Assembly: GCA_028280785.1 (NCBI GenBank)
Contig: JANQLF010000116.1
Location: 87,377-151,376, forward strand
DNA: 64,000 bases
Origin: Planctomycetota bacterium
GTDB lineage: Bacteria > Planctomycetota > UBA11346
Direction of reading: 5' to 3'
Shown here: positions 53,213 through 61,392 of the stretch, in pieces
Layout of the letters: each line of letters opens with the position of its first letter
Position numbering within the stretch: the stretch's first letter is position 1
The notes under the pieces: generated by a model
Database searches by the model: none
Told to the model about the DNA's origin: nothing
Seen by the model: only the letters and a program-made list of their open reading frames with translations
Translations under genes and position numbers: made by a program

Positions 53213-55774
53213 ATGATGAACCAATCTTCAACACGATTAGCAAGTTCGCTTTTATTAGTTATCTCCATGATTGTCTTAATGGTAACGGTTGCGACTGCCT
53301 TTATGACCACCATGTCGCGCCAACGCGGAACTGCGGTTTTATTAGCAGCGCGTACCCGTGCAGAGATTGGCATGGAGCATGCCACGGCAAAACACATAAA
53401 ATTATTATTAGAAGATTACCGCGACACCTCTTCGAAGTATTCAAAAGCAAGTGGTTCAAGCGGATCAAGATGGTATGTCGATAGCCTTGCCATCGGTGAT
53501 CCGGATGGTGATCCGTGGACCGAAGACGGAACGCCATTGGGTTCCGGTTATCGCGATACCAATAATATGGTAAATATTGGTAATAGTGTCAATTTAGCCG
53601 ATATGATGAATCGTAGTTCTGGTGATAGCCGTAATGAATACTATGGGATGTCATCAGAAATTTCACGTTGGCATAACATCGAATTTTACGACGATTTTTT
53701 CCAACCCATTGAAATTGATCCTAGTTTACCTGAGGCACAAAAAGCACTACTGCGTAAACGCGCGCGCTATGTGCTGCGCTATAGCCATAAAACCATGGAC
53801 TGCGATGCACAATTAACTGTTAATAATAATTATCCAGGTGCGCCTATTTTATATAATTCAGCCTCACCGGATGATTATAATCGTTATCAAAGCTATCTGC
53901 GTCACTTTGGTCGCAGCATTAAAAGTATGACGGCGATGATATCGAATTTAGATGGCAGACAGATGCGTTCGGATGATGGCGATTTTAGTGATACCAAAGA
54001 CCAATTTGATTATGAAGAGCTCAGCATTTGGGCTGACGGTTTGCCGATGGATTGGGATGGCGATGCGAGCCATCGACGCATGGTTAACCTGCTTGATGAT
54101 TTACGCCTACGCCGCGAATCGGCATTTCGTATGGATCCACGCACTTGGGTCGAAAATACTAATGGATTGGATACCAAAACACCGCATATGAAAGGTTCCA
54201 ATCGTATAACAACCTGGCACAGCATCGGCCGTCATCATGGCGGGACCGGTATGAATGGCGCCTATTATCATCCGCATTTTCAATTTACACCCTACGGTGC
54301 TAGCATGTTGGGCACGCCGCTTGGTGGGACAGATGAATGCACGGTGCCATGGCGGGTTAATATGCTTACCTGTAATTATCGGGCCTTAGCATCTATTTAT
54401 GGTGGCCTATCATCACATATTAAACATGCGAGTTCAGGTGTCCCTTATTTGGCTGATCACGCGAGCAAGAGTAGCTGGTGGAGTAGTGGAGCTGGTGCAA
54501 ATGCAGATTTATTTGGTCCCGGTTATCCAGAACCATTTCCACTCGGTTTTGAAGACGGTAAAGATATCCATTTAATCGGTGATATTAATAAAAGCGTACT
54601 CGCCGGAACAACCTGGCCTGATTATGACAATGGTTATTTGGCGAATAAACAGCCATTTTTTGGTGGTGGTCTGAGTGTCGATGATAAGGGTGTGGCGGCA
54701 TATAAAAATGGTACGTGGATGTATTATCCAGCTTATGCGCATAGCTATTGGGCTGATGTTTTTCAAGCCTTTGATTTAACACGTCGTCGTATTATTTCTG
54801 CATGGGAAAGCCCGCGTAATCTCTACACCAATCATCAGAGAAATAGCGAGGAATACTTTTTTGTGATGCAAAATCCTGAAACGGGGGCTAATTACAGTGG
54901 CGGTCATGAGCCATCGTGGATAGATCCTGCGACCGATGATCCAGACACGATGATGAATCAAATTATTATGGAGACCTGTCGCATACTTGGTGAGGGTTAT
55001 ATCAGTCCGCATTCAGGAGCGACACCGGCGCAATCGTGGAATCGCTATGATAATTCGGCTCTTAGTTTATTGGGTGGCGGAGAAGCATTGGTTGGATTGA
55101 ACATGAGATGGGATTGGAAGGATCGTCCTGCCAAGCGCTGTAAATTAAGTCTACAAGCTAATACCCGAGCCATGGAATTTGTACTGAATGATTGTTTGAT
55201 TAGTTTATACGGCAAAGCAAATCCACATTATAATCCGGCTTCTGATAATCTGAGAGATATTGCTGTTGACTTTAATGGTGATGGTTATGCCGAAAGCACG
55301 GTAACAGGTTGGTATAACACGGCGACAAACGCCCGTGTTTGGTCATGGTGGTGGAATGGTCTTGGCCCTGAGGCTTTTCCAGCCAACGGCGATTGGATGA
55401 AACAAGGTACATGGATACGCTTTTATCAAAACGGAGATATAGAGCGTAAACGTGGTGGTTCTTGGATCGCGCTCTCTGGCGCCGAAAAGACCGAGTTTTT
55501 ATCAGTGAATAATTTCTTACTAAACGGTAATTGGGTGTCTGACGGCAGCAGTCCGGTGAGACCATTTTCTTATACTGGCCGTTTATTCATCGGTAAGAGT
55601 AAAAAATTCCAAGTGTTTATGCGCACTGAAGTTTTAAATATCCCTAAACGCAAAGTTATGGCAGCAACTAATCGTACCTTTGTCTATAATATAGATCCTA
55701 ATAACGACGGTGATTTTGAAGACTCACACATTGCATCACAGCAAGAGTTCGAATTACAGACGACGGACTTATAA
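53213..55774 (+). CDS. giant GspK-like minor pseudopilin (853 aa)
   Basis: AGGTGA SD precedes the start. It has a hydrophobic N-terminal helix without the Phe/Glu processing motif (SSLLLVISMIVLMVTVATAF), followed by ARTRAEIGMEHATAKHIKLLLED, as in GspK. It occupies the position directly after the I and J homologs. Confidence 0.5.
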   Translation: MMNQSSTRLASSLLLVISMIVLMVTVATAFMTTMSRQRGTAVLLAARTRAEIGMEHATAKHIKLLLEDYRDTSSKYSKASGSSGSRWYVDSLAIGDPDGDPWTEDGTPLGSGYRDTNNMVNIGNSVNLADMMNRSSGDSRNEYYGMSSEISRWHNIEFYDDFFQPIEIDPSLPEAQKALLRKRARYVLRYSHKTMDCDAQLTVNNNYPGAPILYNSASPDDYNRYQSYLRHFGRSIKSMTAMISNLDGRQMRSDDGDFSDTKDQFDYEELSIWADGLPMDWDGDASHRRMVNLLDDLRLRRESAFRMDPRTWVENTNGLDTKTPHMKGSNRITTWHSIGRHHGGTGMNGAYYHPHFQFTPYGASMLGTPLGGTDECTVPWRVNMLTCNYRALASIYGGLSSHIKHASSGVPYLADHASKSSWWSSGAGANADLFGPGYPEPFPLGFEDGKDIHLIGDINKSVLAGTTWPDYDNGYLANKQPFFGGGLSVDDKGVAAYKNGTWMYYPAYAHSYWADVFQAFDLTRRRIISAWESPRNLYTNHQRNSEEYFFVMQNPETGANYSGGHEPSWIDPATDDPDTMMNQIIMETCRILGEGYISPHSGATPAQSWNRYDNSALSLLGGGEALVGLNMRWDWKDRPAKRCKLSLQANTRAMEFVLNDCLISLYGKANPHYNPASDNLRDIAVDFNGDGYAESTVTGWYNTATNARVWSWWWNGLGPEAFPANGDWMKQGTWIRFYQNGDIERKRGGSWIALSGAEKTEFLSVNNFLLNGNWVSDGSSPVRPFSYTGRLFIGKSKKFQVFMRTEVLNIPKRKVMAATNRTFVYNIDPNNDGDFEDSHIASQQEFELQTTDL

Positions 55775-55804
55775 CGAATTATCGCAACACTAAAGGAGAA
55801 AGCC

Positions 55805-57991
55805 ATGCGCTTTTTCATTATATCGATTTTAACCATGACCTTCGCACTGCTCAGTGCAGCAACAGCGCCAACACAGTGGCCGCCACACTGGTGTAGTGAT
55901 ACCAATGGTGGTGCCCAGGGTACCAATCAAGACGACCATACGGGTCTTGATTATGGCACTGATTCTTGGGGATATTGGGCCAACTTGGATATAGAGGATG
56001 GCAGCGGTAATCCATTAGCGACTATCGAAATGCGTTTCATCGTTCCCGGTGATGCACCGAATAATGGTTACTACATGGGTGCCCGCCCTGGTGAAGAAGG
56101 TGCACGTATTCAGGAAATGGGCATTAACACCGCGAATATTGGACCAGTGGCATCGGAAAAATTTCGTCATTGGGTTCCACATACAGAGATTAACGGTGGA
56201 CAACCATTTTGGGTTTCTTCGTTGGAATGTACCCAGCAAGTTTGGGAAGAAATGAATAAAATCAGTACACCCGGATTCGAGGTGAAGCTCGCAAAATGGA
56301 ATCGATCCGAGCGCAATGTAAATATTGCAGATCGTAGTGATTTACATGAACGTGACACCGCAGCTTTCCCAATCGATTTAGGTACCTTCACTGATTCAGT
56401 GAACCACAGTGATTATCCAATTGATCTTACTGAAATTGGAAACTGGACGACTGCAGTTACCGCGACCTTTCGTACGGCATTTGATTTACATAAGGAATTT
56501 AGAGCAGTAGAAAGTCAAACATTTGATGACTGTAAAAATTTCTGTGAGAATGATTTAACCAATCAAGTGCGTTCGCAATCAGGTTCAGCGACGGTTTCTA
56601 TTCGCTTACCGACTGAAAAGGAATGGGAGTTTATCTGTCGTGGAGGAACTGAATCGGCTTTTTGGTGTGGTCCGATATTAAGTGGTGTTCAATTTCGCAT
56701 GGAAAATTTAACCGTTGCCAAAACTGACTTTATGTTCCCTTTTGATAGCGCGCATATCGATGCCAATATTAAAGATGCACTTGGTGGCGACGGTAATCTA
56801 CACCGCGAATGGTTTTCAGAAGGCAACACCCATATTAATATTACTAATGTATCGTTAGATGGAACAGCTAACTGTGATCATAGTGTGCGTATGGACCTCG
56901 CAGGTAATGTATCGATGTCTGGTGATTTAGAGGCGGTTCCCGTCGTTGCGAATTTTGATGAGCGCTATCAAGCCCATTGGGTACCGAATGAATACGGATC
57001 ACATACGCCAATTTTAATGACCTATACTATGAGTGGCACTGATTATATTCCGGCACCCTATACACCAGTTGGTGCTGGTGTGTATTATCGTTACCTAGGT
57101 ACTGATACCTACGTTTTGTCGACTTCGATTACGGTTGCTAATACAGAAATTGACCGTTCGCATAGTATTTTCCGTGGCAAACGTCAACCAGCCGATACGG
57201 TGCCAGGTGATATAGCTGCTGCTGGTCGACTCGAATATGTTGAGATGGTGCGTGTGAATGTGCGATGTAATTCATCTGGCGTCGAAATGGAAGACGGTCG
57301 CTACACCTATGATTCATTAGGTAATGTACATCCAATTCGTACGCTCTATACGCCAGCCGCGTATCGTCGTGATGGTAAATATATTGGTTCCACTTTCCCG
57401 GACATGGAACGTGGAACACAGAGTAATGAAGATTTTGCTCGTCGCTCTGATTTATCTGATAATCCCGCTGAAGAGATGACGGTTGAAGATTACGTGGTGG
57501 CCTTCAAGCAAGCTTGTGCGACCCATTTAAAACATAAGCCCACCGATGTAAATCCGTGGTATTCAGGGAATAAAAATTACACAGTTACGTATACCGAAAC
57601 TGAATTTGACGTAAACGGGAATCCGGTTGAAGTAACCAAAACTAAAGCTGTAACGGTTACAAAAATTACACCGTATAGTTATCACGCGCAATTTCTTGAA
57701 AACATTAATATTAATGCGACGTTAAACAGTGCGATAACTGCTATCTTGCCAGAAGATCAACTGCGTAATCCATTCGGTCTCTATAATACCCATGGCAATG
57801 TTTCTGAATGGGTCGATACCACTTGGGACGGTTTAAGTGATCATAGCGCTCATAAGACGGGTAAGTTTCAAATGACTCGTGGTGGTTCATGGCGCAATGG
57901 CGCCCAATACTGCCGCAGTTCATCACGCGTTGGTCGCGATGGCAGCAAAGCATATGACGATGTGGGCTTTCGTTTTATATTAACTGATTAA
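55805..57991 (+). CDS. secreted protein with FGE-sulfatase/SUMF1 (C-type-lectin-like) fold split by a large insertion
   Basis: AAGGAG SD and a signal peptide are present. The N-terminal FGE blocks are MRFIVPGD...YYMG...HWVPHTEINGGQPFWVSSLECTQQVW and RLPTEKEWEFICRGGTESAFWCG. The C-terminal blocks NPFGLYNTHGNVSEWV and RGGSWRNGAQYCRSSSR...DDVGFRFI appear only about 350 aa later. Confidence 0.75.
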   Translation: MRFFIISILTMTFALLSAATAPTQWPPHWCSDTNGGAQGTNQDDHTGLDYGTDSWGYWANLDIEDGSGNPLATIEMRFIVPGDAPNNGYYMGARPGEEGARIQEMGINTANIGPVASEKFRHWVPHTEINGGQPFWVSSLECTQQVWEEMNKISTPGFEVKLAKWNRSERNVNIADRSDLHERDTAAFPIDLGTFTDSVNHSDYPIDLTEIGNWTTAVTATFRTAFDLHKEFRAVESQTFDDCKNFCENDLTNQVRSQSGSATVSIRLPTEKEWEFICRGGTESAFWCGPILSGVQFRMENLTVAKTDFMFPFDSAHIDANIKDALGGDGNLHREWFSEGNTHINITNVSLDGTANCDHSVRMDLAGNVSMSGDLEAVPVVANFDERYQAHWVPNEYGSHTPILMTYTMSGTDYIPAPYTPVGAGVYYRYLGTDTYVLSTSITVANTEIDRSHSIFRGKRQPADTVPGDIAAAGRLEYVEMVRVNVRCNSSGVEMEDGRYTYDSLGNVHPIRTLYTPAAYRRDGKYIGSTFPDMERGTQSNEDFARRSDLSDNPAEEMTVEDYVVAFKQACATHLKHKPTDVNPWYSGNKNYTVTYTETEFDVNGNPVEVTKTKAVTVTKITPYSYHAQFLENININATLNSAITAILPEDQLRNPFGLYNTHGNVSEWVDTTWDGLSDHSAHKTGKFQMTRGGSWRNGAQYCRSSSRVGRDGSKAYDDVGFRFILTD

Positions 57992-58000
57992 AACAGGAGC

Positions 58001-59305
58001 ATGTCAGCTCAAAGCGCAACGCTCGGTGTTTTGTGTATAGTACTAACGGCAACGATTATTTCGTTGCCGTTTTTCGTCATGGAAGAAAAGTCAGATACCC
58101 CACAGTGGCTCTCAGATGCACAGCCGACTGTCTCTGGGAAGTCGTACCCCGCTGGAGATATACGTTATAAGCGCATTCCTTTGTGGACCGAAGTAAAACA
58201 GTTACCGCTTATCGCAAATGTGCAGATCCACGATTACGATAAAAATGGGCAAACGGAAGCGATTGTCTGTGACCTTCAACAAAATGCGGTGTTCGCTTAT
58301 CCAATGCAGGCTGATGGCTCATATAAAGAAGTAACGCTGGTAAATGATTTGCGTATGCCCGCGCATTGTACCTTTGCCGATATCAATCGTGATGGGAAAG
58401 AAGATCTCTTAGTTGCAAATCTTGGTGATTTATTTCCTAATAATGAACGCGTTGGCCAAGTGCTATTTTTCGAAAAAACTGAAGCAGGCTATAAGAAGCA
58501 TGTTATTGCTAATCATGTGCGGCGCATTGCTGATATACAGGCTGGTGATTTTGATGGTGATGGCGATCAGGATCTGGTGGTTGCCGAGTTCGGTCACTTT
58601 GAAGGCTCAGTATTTCTACTTGAACAAGTAAAACCATTAACATTTAAACGTCACAACCTACTTATTGGCTGTGGTTCCATACATACGCCGGTCGCGGATT
58701 TTGATGGTGATGGTGACTTGGATATTGCCACCGTGCTTTCGCAAGATGAAGAAGAAGTGTGGATTTTAGAAAACGATGGTAGGGGCCAATTTAAAAACCA
58801 TCTCGTTTACCATAATGCGAATTATGAACTTGGTTGTGGTGGATTGGTTGCAAGTGATGTGGATCAAGATGGTGATGTAGATTTATTACTACCTGCTGGC
58901 GACAATTTAGAGCGATCCATTCATTTTCCCTTACAATTTCACGGCTGTTATTGGATAGAGAATAAAGGATCCTTAAAATTCGAAACCCAACGAATTGGTG
59001 ATTTACCGGGAACCTATGCAGTAGATGCAGGAGATTTAGACCAAGATGGTGATATCGATGTAGTGTTGGTGAGTATGAGCAATGATTATTCCAATCCAAA
59101 TGCAGCGAGCATTGTTGCCTTAATTAATGATGGCGCGCAACAGTTTAAACCTACGCAAATTGACTCAATCCCGATACAACTCATTACCTGTGCTATTGGT
59201 GACCTGAACAACGATGGTAAGAATGACATTCTTGCAGGCGCTCTACGTATTCACCCACCGTTTCGACATATGAGTCGTATTTCAGCGTGGATACAAGAGC
59301 CATGA
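58001..59305 (+). CDS. FG-GAP/VCBS-repeat (integrin-alpha-like beta-propeller) protein, membrane anchored
   Basis: It has an N-terminal TM. Repeated units include ADINRDGKEDLLVAN, GDFDGDGDQDLVVAEF, ADFDGDGDLDIATV, SDVDQDGDVDLLL, GDLDQDGDIDVVL and GDLNNDGKNDIL. Confidence 0.8.
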   Translation: MSAQSATLGVLCIVLTATIISLPFFVMEEKSDTPQWLSDAQPTVSGKSYPAGDIRYKRIPLWTEVKQLPLIANVQIHDYDKNGQTEAIVCDLQQNAVFAYPMQADGSYKEVTLVNDLRMPAHCTFADINRDGKEDLLVANLGDLFPNNERVGQVLFFEKTEAGYKKHVIANHVRRIADIQAGDFDGDGDQDLVVAEFGHFEGSVFLLEQVKPLTFKRHNLLIGCGSIHTPVADFDGDGDLDIATVLSQDEEEVWILENDGRGQFKNHLVYHNANYELGCGGLVASDVDQDGDVDLLLPAGDNLERSIHFPLQFHGCYWIENKGSLKFETQRIGDLPGTYAVDAGDLDQDGDIDVVLVSMSNDYSNPNAASIVALINDGAQQFKPTQIDSIPIQLITCAIGDLNNDGKNDILAGALRIHPPFRHMSRISAWIQEP

Positions 59306-60483
59306 AAGTCCTAAGCTTCATTTTAGCGGTAATTTTAATGGTAGAGGCAGCGGCTTTATTTACCTACAAAGACGTGGATGAAAAAATAGAATTGCCGAAG
59401 ATTTCTTTTGATCACATAGTCGACAAGGGCGCGCGTGATACCCTTGCACAATTATATCAACATGCTTTAAAAGAATATAAAAAGTCTAATGACCTGGCCA
59501 AACTAGTACGTGTAGCTGACTTGTTGTTGTGTTATGGTTATAATGAGGAAGCAGCGCATATCTATTACGCCATTTTATCCAAGGATTCAGAGCAAGAACG
59601 TGCCTGGCAGGGTTTAGCGTTGTGCTATGATAGTCTTGGTCAGTTTGAAAATGCTATCTTAGCTTATACAGAAGTCTTAAAACAGAATTTACAAGAATCT
59701 GATTTACGAGAAATAAAACATCGTATTGCAGAGGTTACTCAAATTCAGGGCCGTCCATCTGAGGCGATGCAATTGTATGAACAAAATATCGAGCATAGCC
59801 CAAGTCGTTATCGTTACATTCGCTTAGTTTTACATGCTGGTGATTTTAATTTAGCGCAAAAAGAATTTGCTTTATTGCTCAATGATAGTGAAGCTCATGA
59901 CGCTATCGAAGTGCAGCAATTAAATGATTTATCCTTACGTTTGCATGGGAAATATATGCAAGAAATAGCGATAAATCAGCGTGATTCACTGTGGTCTTAT
60001 CAGCCCATTGATAAATTTAAACGAAGCTTGGAATCTTTTTATGGCATGTCGTTGATGGAATTGTTTACGCCGGCACTGCGTGAAATGCCGCAAATAACTG
60101 AAGACCCGATATTTATGAACGATATAGATTTCTGGGGCTTACTGAAGAAAAAGGACATTATAAACAGTGGCAAAGAAGTCTTTGAAAAACATAACTGTAT
60201 AATATGTCACGGTAAGGAAGGATATGGCCAAGTAGGTCCAAATTTACGTGATGATTTCTGGTTGGGTTTTGGTTCACCAGGGGGCATTTATGACACGATA
60301 ACCTATGGGCGCAGCAATGGCACTATGCCCGGCCACCAATTTTCTTTGCATCCTGATCAAATACGTGATGTCACTGTATATATAATGGATTTAAATCTCA
60401 AAACTGAAAAATATGAAGGACGGACTAAGCAGGGTAAGGCGCACGAAGGTAAGTTAGATCCGTTGAGTAAATATCGAAAATGA
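59302..60483 (+). CDS. membrane-anchored TPR protein with C-terminal mono-haem cytochrome c domain
   Basis: ATG 59302 is ATGA-coupled, whereas the track start at 59287 is GTG. It has a TM (VLSFILAVILMVEAAALF), TPR-like units, then CIICHG (CxxCH) with GPNL and a distal TMPG Met ligand, resembling a CcoP-type cytochrome c module. Confidence 0.75.
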   Translation: MKVLSFILAVILMVEAAALFTYKDVDEKIELPKISFDHIVDKGARDTLAQLYQHALKEYKKSNDLAKLVRVADLLLCYGYNEEAAHIYYAILSKDSEQERAWQGLALCYDSLGQFENAILAYTEVLKQNLQESDLREIKHRIAEVTQIQGRPSEAMQLYEQNIEHSPSRYRYIRLVLHAGDFNLAQKEFALLLNDSEAHDAIEVQQLNDLSLRLHGKYMQEIAINQRDSLWSYQPIDKFKRSLESFYGMSLMELFTPALREMPQITEDPIFMNDIDFWGLLKKKDIINSGKEVFEKHNCIICHGKEGYGQVGPNLRDDFWLGFGSPGGIYDTITYGRSNGTMPGHQFSLHPDQIRDVTVYIMDLNLKTEKYEGRTKQGKAHEGKLDPLSKYRK

Positions 60484-61292
60484 AGCAACGTACGTTCCCC
60501 ATTCGTATACAAGAACTAGCGTATCGCGAAGCTGATGCTGAGTATGATATTGGACCACATAGTCATAATATTTATCAGTTATACTGTGTCTTGCGCGGTG
60601 ATGTAACGATGTGGATTGAAGGCGAAGACCATATCCTTCCAGCTGGACAATTAATTATTGTGAGCCCGGGTAAAGAGCGCGCACCACGCTGTAGCGGACG
60701 TGCCCCTGTCTATGCCATAGCTATGTTAGATGCGCAGCGCTTTGCCATAGATGAACTTTGTAACCGCCCATTGGTGTTGAATGAATTAATGCTGCAGCAA
60801 ATGGAAGCGCTGATTGCTGATTTAGTGGAACCTGATTTGGGCAATGCGCAGGATTATCGCACTTCAATTATTTGTCAGATTTTAATTGATTTACGTCGTC
60901 AGCTGCGCGCCGGTTCAACGACCAATCAATTACCACGACATAATGCAAATGCACGTAATGATGTGGTGGCCCAGGCCGAAGCCTTTATGGATGCGCATTT
61001 GCATCTTTCTATTAATAGACAGCAAATTGCTGAGGCAGTGCATTTTTCAGCACCACATTTAGCGCGTTTATTTAAGGCAAGCCTGGGTAAAACTATTAAT
61101 CAACGTTTGACCGAAATGCGTTTGGAGCAAGCCAAGCGCTTCTTATTGCAGAGTACCTACCCGATTACGCAGATTGCTGGTGAAGTGGGCTTCCAATCTT
61201 TCAGTCATTTTGCCAAGTTGTTCCAGCAAGCGACGGGTATGACACCATCCGAATATCGTAGCGGCCTCGGCCGTCGCATCGTTCGGAAATGA
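60480..61292 (+). CDS. AraC-family transcriptional regulator
   Basis: It is ATGA-coupled to the cytochrome gene. It has a cupin-like N-terminal half and a C-terminal double HTH (IAEAVHFSAPHLARLFK...ITQIAGEVGFQSFSHFAKLFQQATGMTPSEYR). Confidence 0.85.
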   Translation: MKQRTFPIRIQELAYREADAEYDIGPHSHNIYQLYCVLRGDVTMWIEGEDHILPAGQLIIVSPGKERAPRCSGRAPVYAIAMLDAQRFAIDELCNRPLVLNELMLQQMEALIADLVEPDLGNAQDYRTSIICQILIDLRRQLRAGSTTNQLPRHNANARNDVVAQAEAFMDAHLHLSINRQQIAEAVHFSAPHLARLFKASLGKTINQRLTEMRLEQAKRFLLQSTYPITQIAGEVGFQSFSHFAKLFQQATGMTPSEYRSGLGRRIVRK

Positions 61293-61392
61293 TCGTTTTC
61301 CACACATACTTGCTCATTCTGCGCTAGAATTCAGTGTTTTTGGCTATACAATGTGGCGTTCCAGATACAACTTGTAGCAGTGGAGCAATGAA

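Noticed and set aside
57755-57991. Possible diversity-generating retroelement (DGR) target. The C-terminus of the FGE/C-type-lectin-fold protein resembles the scaffold that carries DGR variable regions.
   Set aside because: I could find no reverse transcriptase gene, no accessory Avd-like gene and no template-repeat copy of the C-terminal 100-150 nt anywhere in the 64 kb. A distant DGR elsewhere in the genome cannot be excluded without a repeat search.
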